A stretch of 64,000 bases of DNA from the NCBI GenBank assembly GCA_963805625.1, contig CAWDVE010000012.1, forward strand, positions 96,001 to 160,000, given 5' to 3'. Position numbers and translations under genes: made by a program. This DNA is from an uncultured Candidatus Rokubacteria bacterium (GTDB lineage: Bacteria > Methylomirabilota > Methylomirabilia > Rokubacteriales > DASRDR01). Positions 19,906 to 30,281 of the stretch are shown here, in pieces (the first letter of the stretch is position 1; every line of letters starts with the position of its first letter). Under the pieces are notes generated by a model, which saw nothing but the letters and a program-made list of their open reading frames with translations, made no database searches and was not told where the DNA came from.

Positions 19906-21258
19906 GTGATGGAATCCCCGAAGCTCACCCGACGGACCCTCCTGCAGGTTGGCCTGAAGGCCGGGGCGGGCGCCGCGGCGTTCGCCACCACGACCAACAT
20001 CTTCACCCCGCTCAAGACCTTCGCCGCCCGCGACCAGAAGCTCATCTTCTGGCTCCAGCCAAACTTCAATCCGACGGCGGACAGGATCCTGGAGGACCAG
20101 ACGCGAGCCTTCGCGAAGCAGGCGGGGCTGAAGGACACGGAGCTCCAGATCCTCAAGGTGCCCGGCGGCGAGATCCCGACGCGGATGGCCGCCGCGCTCG
20201 AGGTGGGGGCGCCGCCCGACGTGACGCGGCTCGAGGAAGGCTACGTCGCGCGCATGCGGGCGCAGAAGGCGCTCCTCGACATCACCGACATCATGACCGA
20301 GATGAAAAAGGTCCCCGGCGGGGTGAATGCCTCGGTCATCCCGCTGACCGAGGACGGCGGCCGGAACTTCGCGGTGCCGATGGGGCTCAACCCCGAGGTC
20401 ATGCACGCCCGCATGGACCTCCTCGAGCAGGCCGGCTACAGCACGTTCCCCGAGACCTGGGAGAAGTTCGTGGAGGCCTCGCTCAAGATCAACAAGCCGC
20501 CGTTCTACGCTTACGGGATGGCCCTCGGCACGTCGCCCGGCAACGACAGCACCGAGGACATCATGGCTTGCGTGTGGGCGAACGGGGGCAACATCATCGA
20601 CAAGCAGAACAAGGTGGTCTTCAACTCGCCCGGGGCCGTGAAGGGGTTCCAACTGGTCAAGGACATGTACCTGAAGCACCAGATCATCCCGAAGGGGACG
20701 CTCAGCTGGGACAACTCCGGGAACAACAAGGCCTACCAGTCGAAGCAGGTCGCCTTCGTCTACAATCCGCCGAGCGTCTACTCCTACCTCCTCCAGGAGG
20801 ACAAGGAGACGGCGGCGAAGACCGGCCTCTTCCCTGCCCCCGGGGGACCGGGCGGCCGCGTGAAGCGCGTCTACGTCGACTACTACGGCGTCTTCAAGGC
20901 GAGCCCCTACCCCGACATCGCCAAGGGGCTCATTCGGTACTTCGTCGAGCCGAAGAACTACAACGAGTTCATCACGGGAACGGCCGGCCGTTACCTGCCG
21001 ACCTACCCGAAGCTCCTCGAGGATCCCTTCTGGGCGTCGAACAAGGCGTTCGCGGGCCTGGTCGATATCGGCAAGAACGGCGAGACCATCGCCCGCGAGG
21101 GTGTGATCACGGCCGCGCTCGGCGAGGTGGTCGCGCAGTCGCTCCTGGCGAAGTCGGTCCAGACCGTGCTGGTCAACAACGTCGACCCCGCGGAGGCCGT
21201 GGCCAAGGCCCACGCGGAGATCGTGGCGATCTATAAGCGGTTCAACGAGCCAGTCTAG
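19906..21258 (+). CDS. ABC transporter extracellular solute-binding protein (SBP_bac_1 type, Tat signal)
   Basis: LTRRTLL twin-arginine motif, PPDV, PETWE, WDNSGNNKAY. Confidence 0.88.
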   Translation: MMESPKLTRRTLLQVGLKAGAGAAAFATTTNIFTPLKTFAARDQKLIFWLQPNFNPTADRILEDQTRAFAKQAGLKDTELQILKVPGGEIPTRMAAALEVGAPPDVTRLEEGYVARMRAQKALLDITDIMTEMKKVPGGVNASVIPLTEDGGRNFAVPMGLNPEVMHARMDLLEQAGYSTFPETWEKFVEASLKINKPPFYAYGMALGTSPGNDSTEDIMACVWANGGNIIDKQNKVVFNSPGAVKGFQLVKDMYLKHQIIPKGTLSWDNSGNNKAYQSKQVAFVYNPPSVYSYLLQEDKETAAKTGLFPAPGGPGGRVKRVYVDYYGVFKASPYPDIAKGLIRYFVEPKNYNEFITGTAGRYLPTYPKLLEDPFWASNKAFAGLVDIGKNGETIAREGVITAALGEVVAQSLLAKSVQTVLVNNVDPAEAVAKAHAEIVAIYKRFNEPV

Positions 21259-21366
21259 TCCTGGATCGGCCGCGGCCGACTGCCGCGTGACCCTCGCCGT
21301 GTCCCGCTCCGACCGGTGCTCCACGCCGGCGGAGCGGGGCACGGGCGGGCTGCGCGGTCCGAGGAG

Positions 21367-23094
21367 ATGCGGGTGCTCGATCTCGTGATCACGGGCGGCG
21401 TGGTGCTCGACGGCACCGGCGCGCCCGCCGTTCCGTCCGACCTCGAGGTGGCAGGCGGGCGAATCGTCGAGATCGGACGCCTCACGAGCGTCCGCGCGAC
21501 GCGGACGATCCGGGCCGACGGGCGGATCGTCTGCCCCGGCTTCATCGACATGCACGCCCACGACGACTTCAACCTGCCGGTGAACCCGCTCGCCGCCGAG
21601 AAGACCCGGCAGGGCGTGACGACCCTCGTCACGGGCAACTGCGGGCTCTCGCCGGCCCCGCTGGGCCGTGAGCATCGCCCGGCCGTCCTGGACGCCGTCG
21701 ACACGCTCGACAGCGGACTCGACTACGACTGGCCGACGTTCGGCGAGTTCCTGGACCGGATGCCGCCCCTCGGCCTGAACGCGGCGACCCTCGTCGGCCA
21801 CGGGACCGTGCGTACGGCGGTCCTCGGCGACGAGTCCCGGGCGCCCCGCCCCGACGAGCTCCGGCGGATGGCGGCGCTCGTCGAAGAGGCGATGGCGGCG
21901 GGGGCCTTCGGCCTGTCGACCGGGCTCTTCGGGCCGCCGTCCGGGTATGCGGCGACGGACGAGGTCGTCGCCCTCGCCCGCGTGGCGGCGCGCTACGGGG
22001 GCGGCTACCACACCCACATGCGGGACGAGGGCGTGCACATCGCCGAGGCCGTGCGCGAGGCGCTCGAGATCGGCGAGCGCGCGGGCTGCCCCGTCCAGAT
22101 CTCGCACCTCAAGATCTCGAGCCTCGACCGCTGGGGCCGGGCGCCCGAGTTGCTCGTCACGATCGGCGAGGCCCGCCGCCGGGGGCTCCGGGTCGCCTGC
22201 GACCAGTATCCGTACCACGCGTCAAGCGGCGGGCTCCGCGACCATCTGCCGGCATGGGTCCACGCGGGCGGGCTGCCCGCGCTCCTCGGCCGGCTCCGGG
22301 ACCCGGCCCGCCGCGCCCGGCTCCGCTATGACCTCGTCGAGGGGATGGCGAAGGCCGGCATCTCGCTTCGCTTCTACCGCTGGGACCTGACGCGCGTCAG
22401 CGAGTCCCCGACGCGCCCGGACTACGCCGGGCTCACGCTGGCCGAGATCGGCGCGCGGGAAGGTCAGGCGCCGGTGGACGCGCTCCTCGACCTTCTCCTG
22501 GCCGACGGCGGCCGCACGGGCGGGATCTACTTCCACATCGACGAGGGGGACGTGCGCACCATCATGCGCGACCCGCACGTCGGCGTCGGCTCGGACGGCC
22601 TCTACACCGGCCGCCCGGGTCACCCGGCGCGGGGGCGTCCGCATCCGCGGCACTTCGGCACCTTCCCGCGCGTCCTCGGCCGCTACACGCGCGACGAGGG
22701 CCTCCTCGCGCTCCCGGAGGCGATCCGCAAGATGACCTCGCTGTCGGCCGACGTGCTGGGGCTCGCCGATCGCGGCCGGATCCGGGAGGGCGCGGCGGCC
22801 GACCTCGTCGTGTTCGACCCGTCGACGATCGCGGACCGCGCCACGTTCGAGACGCCTCACCAGCCGCCGGTGGGGATCGCGGCGGTGATCGTCAACGGGG
22901 TGCCCGTCGTGCTCGACGGCGAGCCTACCGGGGTCACGCCGGGACACGTCCTCCGACACGGCCGTCCCAGTCGGCCGGGGTGGCTGACTGGTCGTCGAGC
23001 CTCAAGTCATCCAGATCCTTCGGGACCTGATCGAGCACGGGCCGCTGGAGATGCCGTGCGAGAGCCCAGTCCTGGACGACCGTCCGCCAGGTGA
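21367..23094 (+). CDS. D-aminoacylase (N-acyl-D-amino acid deacylase) family amidohydrolase
   Basis: PGFIDMHAHDD, GVTTLVTGNCG, THMRDEG, ISHLK, DQYPY, GSDG, PHPRHFGTFPRVLG. The C-terminal ~40 aa look like read-through. Confidence 0.9.
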   Translation: MRVLDLVITGGVVLDGTGAPAVPSDLEVAGGRIVEIGRLTSVRATRTIRADGRIVCPGFIDMHAHDDFNLPVNPLAAEKTRQGVTTLVTGNCGLSPAPLGREHRPAVLDAVDTLDSGLDYDWPTFGEFLDRMPPLGLNAATLVGHGTVRTAVLGDESRAPRPDELRRMAALVEEAMAAGAFGLSTGLFGPPSGYAATDEVVALARVAARYGGGYHTHMRDEGVHIAEAVREALEIGERAGCPVQISHLKISSLDRWGRAPELLVTIGEARRRGLRVACDQYPYHASSGGLRDHLPAWVHAGGLPALLGRLRDPARRARLRYDLVEGMAKAGISLRFYRWDLTRVSESPTRPDYAGLTLAEIGAREGQAPVDALLDLLLADGGRTGGIYFHIDEGDVRTIMRDPHVGVGSDGLYTGRPGHPARGRPHPRHFGTFPRVLGRYTRDEGLLALPEAIRKMTSLSADVLGLADRGRIREGAAADLVVFDPSTIADRATFETPHQPPVGIAAVIVNGVPVVLDGEPTGVTPGHVLRHGRPSRPGWLTGRRASSHPDPSGPDRARAAGDAVREPSPGRPSAR

Positions 23095-23379
23095 TGGCGG
23101 CCACATCCCTGCCGCACAGGTGGTCCCTTACAGCACCACCGAGCGGATTTCGCTGAAGGGCGCGATCGCGGCGCAGGTCTGGCTCCGCGAGGTGGTGGAG
23201 ATCCGCGCCGGCGCATAGCCGGGCACCCCGGCGCGCTTGAAGGAACGTCGTCACCTGGGCGGCGGTGGGACTCGACGGGCGGCGCCGCGCCGAGCCGCGT
23301 CCTCTGCCGAGGGCGTGCGGTCGACGAGGCCGCGGGCTGAGTCCGGACCCCGACCCGGCGGCGGTGCGCCGAACGTCGG

Positions 23380-24792
23380 CTAGCGTCGGGGCCAACGCCC
23401 CGGGGTGCCGAGACCGAGCCGCGCGGCCATGTGCCCGGCCGACGCGCGCGCCTCGGCGATCACCTCCGTCTCACTGACCCGTGTCGAGCGGCCGCCCTTC
23501 AGCACCACCTGGCCGTTGACCAGCACCGTGTCGGCGGTGGGGCCGTGCCCCAGGGTGACGAGCTGGTGCGCGGGGTCGAGCCCGGGACCGAGCTCCACCG
23601 CGTCGCGCTGCCGTACCACGAGGTCGGCGCGCTTGCCCGGCTCGAGGCTGCCGAGGAGTCGGTCGAGGCCCGCAGCGCGCGCGGCCCCGAGCGTCACCAT
23701 CTCGATGGCGTCCTCCGAGGCGAGCGGCTGGCCGGCCTCGGCCGCTAGGTGGACCGCGAGGAACGGGGCGTCGCCGACCGTGCTCTGGCGCGCCGAGTCG
23801 GTGCCGAGCGCGACGTGCGCGCCCCGGCGCCGTATCTCCGGGATGCGCGTCGGCAGTCGGAGCGGCGTGCCCTTCTGGAGGTAGGCGAGCGGGCACCAGA
23901 CGATCGACAGGCCGGAGGCGAGGATCGGCTCGACGTCCTCATCCCGGATCACGTTCATGTGGACGAAGGTCGCGTTCGGCCCGAGCACGCCCAGCTCCCG
24001 GAGGTGGACGAACCGGGGGCGCCCCAGGCGCGCCTCCATGGCCGCGGCCATGTCGAGATCGTAGCCGAGGTGGGAGTTGACGATGACGCCTTCGCGGTCG
24101 GCGAGGGCCTTGGCCGCCTGCAGGAGCTCGTCGGAGGCCGTGCCCTCGCCGTATAGCGCGACGTGGCCGTGGACGATGGCGTCGGGATCCCGGTTGCGAT
24201 GGAGCTGGCCTCCCAGGAGCTTGAGCGACCGCTCGCGGGTCGGCGGCACGCGCGCGAACAGGCTCGGGCTCTTCAGACCCGCGATCAGGTCCATCAGCGA
24301 GGGGTCGTCCCAGAGATACGGATCGGCGAGGGAGCACCGGACGCCGGTGGCCTCGGCGGCGGCGGCGATGGCGTCCGGCTCGAACGCACTGCCCGGCTCC
24401 ACGAAGGCGGTGTAGCCGTGGCGCAGGAGCTCGAGACACCCGAGCGCGGCCGCCGCCTGCTCATCTTCCAGCCGGAGCGCGGCCTTCCAGTCGGCGTAGT
24501 TCGGCCCCGCCCCGCCGCCCCGGCTGCTGTCCCCCTGGAAGAAGCCCCGGCAGGTCTGGGCGTTGATGTGGAGATGGGCATCGATGAACCCCGGGTGCAC
24601 GATCCCGCCACCGGCGTCGAGGACGCGCGGCGCACGCCAGCGCAGCAGCAGCTCCCTCTCCGGCCCGACCGCGACGATCGTGTGGCCTCGCACCGCGACG
24701 GCTCCGGTGGAGTAGATCGTGCGTCGGGCGTCGAGCGTCAGGACCTGCGCCCCCTTCAGGATCAGGTCACAGGGCTCCGGAGCGGTGGTCAG
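23380..24792 (-). CDS. Amidohydrolase family protein (MTA/SAH deaminase-like)
   Basis: PGFIDAHLH, FVHMN, ALGTDS, GSLEPGKRADLV. The frame extends upstream through CDLILKGAQVLTLD to a CTG 7 nt after AGGAG. Confidence 0.85.
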   Translation of the reverse strand: MTTAPEPCDLILKGAQVLTLDARRTIYSTGAVAVRGHTIVAVGPERELLLRWRAPRVLDAGGGIVHPGFIDAHLHINAQTCRGFFQGDSSRGGGAGPNYADWKAALRLEDEQAAAALGCLELLRHGYTAFVEPGSAFEPDAIAAAAEATGVRCSLADPYLWDDPSLMDLIAGLKSPSLFARVPPTRERSLKLLGGQLHRNRDPDAIVHGHVALYGEGTASDELLQAAKALADREGVIVNSHLGYDLDMAAAMEARLGRPRFVHLRELGVLGPNATFVHMNVIRDEDVEPILASGLSIVWCPLAYLQKGTPLRLPTRIPEIRRRGAHVALGTDSARQSTVGDAPFLAVHLAAEAGQPLASEDAIEMVTLGAARAAGLDRLLGSLEPGKRADLVVRQRDAVELGPGLDPAHQLVTLGHGPTADTVLVNGQVVLKGGRSTRVSETEVIAEARASAGHMAARLGLGTPGRWPRR

Positions 24793-24822
24793 GCGGGTGC
24801 TCCTCGCTCCGGCGAGACCGCG

Positions 24823-25962
24823 TCAGGCGCTCACGCCCGGCGGGGCGTTGCGGCCCCAGCGCTCGAGGATGTCCAGGTCGACCTCGACGCCCAGACCCGG
24901 GCCCTCCGGCGGATAGGCGTAGCCGCCCTCGATGCGGAGCGGATGGGTCAGGAGGTCCTCGGCATGATAGAGGACGCCGCAGGTGTCGCTGTCGGGCCCG
25001 AGGTTCGGCATGGCGACGCCGAGGTGGATCTGGGCTGCGGTGCCGATGCCGAACTCGGGCATGCTGCCGATCATGCACGGCATGCCGGCCGCCTCGCAGA
25101 GGGTGAAGATGCGGCTCGCGTTCAGGAGGCCGCCGGCCTCGGTGACGTAGACGTTGGCGATGTCGGCGGCGCCGCGCCGGATGACCTCCATCGCGTCCCG
25201 CGGGGTGCGGATGCTCTCGTCGGCCATCAGCGGCACCCCGATCGCCCGGCGCACCTCCGCCATGGCGTCGAGCTCGCGCGGCGGGAGCGGCTGTTCGACC
25301 AGCTCGAGGTCCCACCGCTCCATCGCGCGGATGAGGCGAATGGCCTCCTTCGCGGTCGGCCAGGCCATGTTGGCGTCGACGCGGAGGCGCACTCCCGGCC
25401 CGATCGCCTCACGCACCCGCTCGACGGCCTCGACGTCCCGCGCCGGGTCGTTCCCGACCTTCACCTTGATCGTGCGATGCCCCTCGCCGACGCGCTCGCG
25501 GGCGTACTCGGCCATCGCCTTGGGCTCGCCGAACGGCACCGAGTAGCTGAGCGGGATGCGCTCGCGCACCAGGCCGCCGAGGAGCGTGTAGGCCGGTGTG
25601 CCGAGGGCCTTCCCCAGGATGTCCCAGAGCGCCATCTCGATCCCGGCCTTCGCCTCCTCCACGCCGTCGAGCGCGCGGTCCATCTTCTGGACGAGGTGGG
25701 CGATACGGCGCGGATCCTCGCCGATCACCGCGGGGGCGAGCACCGCCTCGACGTCTCGCGCCAAGAGACGCCCGCGCCGCTTGAACACGGACGAGATCTC
25801 GCCGACGCCGGTCACGCCGGCGTCCGTGTCGACGAACACGATGGCGTGCTCCGACACCGCCGCGAGCCCAAGCGCGGTGCGGGACGCGCCACCATACGCC
25901 GGCCGACGCGGCCCCCACACCACCACCGTGCGGACGGCGGCGATCCTCATCGCGCCCGCCAT
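24823..25962 (-). CDS. Mandelate racemase/muconate cycloisomerase (enolase superfamily) protein
   Basis: GIEMALWDILGK, TIKVKVG, RVDAN, EQP, ADES, PEGPGLGVEVD. Confidence 0.9.
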   Translation of the reverse strand: MAGAMRIAAVRTVVVWGPRRPAYGGASRTALGLAAVSEHAIVFVDTDAGVTGVGEISSVFKRRGRLLARDVEAVLAPAVIGEDPRRIAHLVQKMDRALDGVEEAKAGIEMALWDILGKALGTPAYTLLGGLVRERIPLSYSVPFGEPKAMAEYARERVGEGHRTIKVKVGNDPARDVEAVERVREAIGPGVRLRVDANMAWPTAKEAIRLIRAMERWDLELVEQPLPPRELDAMAEVRRAIGVPLMADESIRTPRDAMEVIRRGAADIANVYVTEAGGLLNASRIFTLCEAAGMPCMIGSMPEFGIGTAAQIHLGVAMPNLGPDSDTCGVLYHAEDLLTHPLRIEGGYAYPPEGPGLGVEVDLDILERWGRNAPPGVSA

Positions 25963-26005
25963 TCGATCGCGTCGTCGGAGACTGGCGGCCGGCGCGCCGG
26001 CCGCG

Positions 26006-26344
26006 TCACACACCTTCCTGGGGCGCGCCGTCGCCGGGACCGTCCTCGTCCAGTTCCGAGGGGTCGGGGTCCATCGCATCCGGATACTTCACCGGCACGT
26101 TCTGCGCGACCCACAGCTTCCAGTCGCTCCACGCGTGGTCGAGCTCGTGGAGGAACGCCCCGCGCTTCTCGGCGGGCGGGAGGCGACGATCCACGACGAT
26201 CGTCCGCGTATCCACGTCCCACTCGGCGGCGCGATCATCCTTGTCGGGCGTGCCCTGGACGACCGAGATCTCGTACCCGAACGGGAACTCGAACCTCCGC
26301 GGAAGCCGATAGATGAGACTCTTGACCGGAGCGGGTTCAGTCAT
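26006..26344 (-). CDS. Small HExxH (ImmA/IrrE-like) putative metallopeptidase
   Basis: TIVVDRRLPPAEKRGAFLHELDHA, with an acidic tail; 112 aa. Confidence 0.6.
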   Translation of the reverse strand: MTEPAPVKSLIYRLPRRFEFPFGYEISVVQGTPDKDDRAAEWDVDTRTIVVDRRLPPAEKRGAFLHELDHAWSDWKLWVAQNVPVKYPDAMDPDPSELDEDGPGDGAPQEGV

Positions 26345-26798
26345 TCCCGGTGTGTTCCTTCCCCTCGCGAGGGCCGCCCGCCGCGCTCGCTCATCTTGCC
26401 CCGTCAGACCCCGCGCGGCGGCGGTGAGCTGTTTCCCCTTGAGCCTCCACGCCCGCCGAGAACCACGGCGCGGGGACTCTTCCACTGCGGTCGCCCGGCC
26501 ACTGGGCCGTCGAGTCGCCCCGCGCAACACCTTTCAGGGCCTTCGACTCAACCCTATGATCATAGGCCACCTCGGGCTCTCGTTTCCTGGCGGATTTAGC
26601 GAGCATTTACAGTAGCTTACACGGTTGTCCCGGGTAAGTGCTGCTCGGGCCACGTCCCGACCCTCCCCCGACACCAGCGGGCTCGGACACCCCCCACACG
26701 CTGAAGGCGGGATCCTCGGGGACTCGCACGGTGGGCCCAAGCCGGCGCCGGACGATAACCCGGACCTTTCGAGATGGCGCGGACGTGAGCATGAGGCT

Positions 26799-26842
26799 TG
26801 GCGCGCCTGAAGGGAATCGAACTCGGACCCACGGCTTAGAAG
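26799..26842 (-). repeat. Degenerate att copy of the tRNA-Arg 3' half (outermost)
   Basis: TGGCGCGCCTGAAGGGAATCGAACTCGGACCCACGGCTTAGAAG versus 63535-63579: about 3 substitutions plus a 1-nt deletion. Confidence 0.85.
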
Positions 26843-27144
26843 CTCCGATCCGGGCGCGACGCCCCCAGCGTCCTCGGGCCAACCCCATGATAGTACGCAC
26901 TCGCGGCCTCACGGCCTTTGGGGCGAGTTGGGGCCCGTTGGCCCTGGTTCCCGGACAGAACCCGGACAGTAACCGGGCCAATCCGATCTCGTCGCGACCA
27001 ACCGTCTGACCCCCGAGACTCCTCGACCCGCGCCCTAGCTCCGACCAGATCGAGGTCCAGTCATCCGGGGCCGGGGGGTCATTTGACGCGGTCCAGCACC
27101 TCCCGGTACGCTCCTGCCGTCCCTTCCGTCGAGCTGGGGGTGCG

Positions 27145-28299
27145 ATGACGCTCACGCTCCGCGTCATTACAGTCGCGATCCTTACCCGTCTCACTTCGCC
27201 GTTCCGCGGGGAGGCCGAGCGATGCTTCTGTTTCGGCGCCGCCTTCGCCGGCGGTTCGCCAAAATCCCCACCCCGCCGCGCCGTCACGCTGCCTCAGCCG
27301 GAGGCGCGCGCGAGAATCTCTCGGCTCCGCGGCACAGTCATCCTCGCGCTCGGCCTCCTCCTCGCGGCGCCCGCCGCCGCGCAATACCCGGGCAAGGTGT
27401 ACCGGATTGGGATGCTGCTTCACACGGACAATCCGTCCGATTCCGCCCGAATCGCCTTCCGGGAGGGTCTCCGGGCGCTCGGCTGGGTCGAGGGCCAGAA
27501 CTACATGCTCGAGCCCCGGTTCGCGGAAGGGCAGGCGGACCGGTTTCCGGCCCTCGCCGCCGAGCTCGTCCAGCTCAAGGTGGACGTCATTGTCACCGCC
27601 GGCCCTCCACCGACCCGAGCGGCCAAGGATGCGACGAAGACGATTCCCATCGTCATGGCGACCCACGGCGACCCGGTCGGGCACGGCGCCGTGGCCAGCC
27701 TGGCGCGACCCGGCGGCAACATCACCGGCCTCAGCAGCATGGCCGGCGACCTGGAGACGAAGCGGCTCGAGCTGCTGAAGGGGATCGTGCCCGGGGCGGT
27801 CCGCGTTGCATACCTCTGGGTGGCGCCCGTCACGAACGTAGACCCGTGGCTGGTCCGGAGCGGTGTCGGCGCGGCGGCCCGCACGCTGGGCGTTCAGCTC
27901 CAGCACGTCGGGGCGCGTGATGCCAGCGACCTTGACGCCGCCTTTCCGGCCATGACGCGTGACCGTATCGACGCGGTCGTCGTCTCGAACCAGCCGTTCC
28001 AGTACGCCCACCGCGCCCGGATCACGGAGCTGGCGGCAAAGTACCGCCTACCGGCGATGTACGAGATCCGGGACTATCCCGACGTCGGCGGGCTCATCTC
28101 GTACGGCACGTACTTCCCTGAACTCTTCCGCCGCGCCGCGAGCTACGTCGACAAGGTCCTGAAGGGCGCCAAGCCCGCCGACCTGCCCATCGAGCCGCCC
28201 ACGAAGTTTGAGCTAGTTGTGAACCTCAGGACGGCCAAGGCCCTCGGGTTGACGATCCCCCCAGCGGTCCTGCGGCAGGCCGACGAGATCATCGAGTGA
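27145..28299 (+). CDS. ABC transporter substrate-binding protein (ABC_sub_bind type), array copy 1
   Basis: [48 protein letters not shown]. The true start is probably near 27310, where a canonical start codon is lacking. Confidence 0.88.
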   Translation: MTLTLRVITVAILTRLTSPFRGEAERCFCFGAAFAGGSPKSPPRRAVTLPQPEARARISRLRGTVILALGLLLAAPAAAQYPGKVYRIGMLLHTDNPSDSARIAFREGLRALGWVEGQNYMLEPRFAEGQADRFPALAAELVQLKVDVIVTAGPPPTRAAKDATKTIPIVMATHGDPVGHGAVASLARPGGNITGLSSMAGDLETKRLELLKGIVPGAVRVAYLWVAPVTNVDPWLVRSGVGAAARTLGVQLQHVGARDASDLDAAFPAMTRDRIDAVVVSNQPFQYAHRARITELAAKYRLPAMYEIRDYPDVGGLISYGTYFPELFRRAASYVDKVLKGAKPADLPIEPPTKFELVVNLRTAKALGLTIPPAVLRQADEIIE

Positions 28300-29279
28300 T
28301 GGACCGGCGCGCGTTCGTCCGTGCGCTGGGCCTGGGCATCCTCGCCCGGCCCATGGCCGCCGAGCCGCAGCCCGCTAAGGTCGCCCGCGTCGGGTATCTC
28401 TCGAGCGGCGTATTCGCACGGACGGATCCGGTCGAGGGGGAACTCCTGCGGGGGCTCCGCGAGCAGGGGTACACCGAAGGCCAGAACCTCGCCATCGAGT
28501 ACCGCTCAGCTGAGGGGCGCAACGAGGCCTTCCCGGACCTGGCCGCGGAATTGGTCCGACTCAAGGTGGAAGTCATCGTGGCCCACTCGGCGCCGGCGAC
28601 GCTGGCGGCCAAGCAGGCGACGACCACGATCCCCATCGTGCTGCTGAACGTCGCGGACCCCGTCGGGGTGGGGCTGGTCGCCAGCCTGGCGCGCCCGGGC
28701 GGCAACGTCACCGGGGTGTCGAGCCAGGCCGCCGACTTTACCGCCAAGCTCCTGGAACTGGCCAAGCAGGCGGTGCCGCGGCTCGACCGGGTGGCCGTCA
28801 TCACGACCCCGACGAATCCGGCCCTGGCCCCGCGCGTGAGGGACCTCGAGGCAGCCGCCTCGGCGCTCGGGATCACGCTCGACTCCTTTGGAGTGGGCGG
28901 GCCGCCGGAGATCCAGCAGGCGTTCCCGGCGATGACCAAGAGGGGGACTCACGCGGTCGTGGTACTGGCGGACAACCTCATCTGGTTTCACCGCGCGCAG
29001 ATCCTCGATCTGGCCACCCGAAGCCATCTCCCGACCATCTGCATGTTCAAGGTGTGGGCCGGCGCGGGATGTCTCCTGGCCTATGGGCCGAGCCTCGCCC
29101 ACATGTGGTATCAGGCGGGCGTGTTCGCGGGCAAGCTCCTGAATGGCGCCAAGCCTGCCACCCTTCCCGTCGAGCAGCCCACGAAGTTCGAGCTAGTCGT
29201 GAACCTCAAAACCGCCAAGGCGCTCGGTCTCACGATTCCGCCCGCGGTGCTCGCGCGAGTGGATGAGGTCATCCAATAA
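28296..29279 (+). CDS. ABC transporter substrate-binding protein, array copy 2
   Basis: MDRRAFV signal, [36 protein letters not shown]. Confidence 0.92.
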   Translation: MMDRRAFVRALGLGILARPMAAEPQPAKVARVGYLSSGVFARTDPVEGELLRGLREQGYTEGQNLAIEYRSAEGRNEAFPDLAAELVRLKVEVIVAHSAPATLAAKQATTTIPIVLLNVADPVGVGLVASLARPGGNVTGVSSQAADFTAKLLELAKQAVPRLDRVAVITTPTNPALAPRVRDLEAAASALGITLDSFGVGGPPEIQQAFPAMTKRGTHAVVVLADNLIWFHRAQILDLATRSHLPTICMFKVWAGAGCLLAYGPSLAHMWYQAGVFAGKLLNGAKPATLPVEQPTKFELVVNLKTAKALGLTIPPAVLARVDEVIQ

Positions 29280-30281
29280 TGAACCGACGTGTTTTCGTCC
29301 TTGGCTCCCTCGGCCTCCTTGCCGCGCCGCTCGCCGCCGAGGCGCAGGCGGTGCCGAGGGTGTACCGGATCGCCCTCATCGTCAGCCTCGCGCCGGTCGG
29401 GGAGATGACGGAATCGGCAAACCCGGCGCTCCGCGCGTTCTTCGGGGAGCTGCGGAGCCTGGGCTACGTCGACGGCCAGAACCTCGTCGTCGCGGCGGTC
29501 CGCCCTCGGGCGTCCGGAACGCTTTCCCGAGATCGCGGCGGAGGTGGTGCGCCTCAATCCTGACCTCATCGTGGTGGGCCCCAACCGGATCGCCCGCGCG
29601 TTTCGGGCCGCGACCAGCACGATTCCCACCGTCGGCGCGGGCCTCAGCTTCCCGGTGGAGTACGGGCTCGCCGTGAGCCTGGCGCGGCCCGGCGGCAACC
29701 TGACCGGCATCACGGATGATGCGGGCCCGGAGATCGCCGCCAAAGCGCTTGAGGCGCTCGCGGAGGCGGTGCCGGGCACCGCCCGGGTGGCGTATACCGC
29801 GACGACCACTATCTGGAATGGGCCAATGGGACAACTGCTGCGAGCTGGCGCTCAACAGCGTGGTGTCACCCTGGTCGCCGCCTTGATGGATGGCCCATTC
29901 CTGGAGGCCCAGTATCTGGAGACGTTCCGGACCATCACGCAGACCGGCGCGGAGGCGGTGCTCGTCGGCCCCACCGGTGAGCACTGGGGCAACCGGCGTC
30001 TGATCGCCGAGCTGGCCTTACGGAACCGGCTCCCGACGATGGCCCCCTCGCGGGAGTTCGTCGAGGCCGGCGGTCTCATGGCCTATGGCGTCAGCACGCC
30101 GGACAACTGGCGACGTGCCGCCCTGTACGTGGACCGTATCCTGAAGGGAGCTAAGCCTGGTGACCTTCCGTTTGAACAGCCCACGAAGTTCGAGTTGGTG
30201 ATCAACATGAAGACCGCCAAGGCCCTCGGCCTCACGATCCCCCCGGCGGTGCTCGCTCGGGTCGACGAGGTGATCGAATAG
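29279..30281 (+). pseudogene. ABC transporter substrate-binding protein, array copy 3 (frameshifted near 29500-29540)
   Basis: The N-half (ORF 29279-29563) and C-half (ORF 29544-30281) lie in different frames and together form one SBP. Confidence 0.85.

Noticed and set aside
22990-23270. Possible transposase or integrase scrap between the convergent amidohydrolases
   Set aside because: Composition shifts, but I could not identify a convincing motif or element ends.
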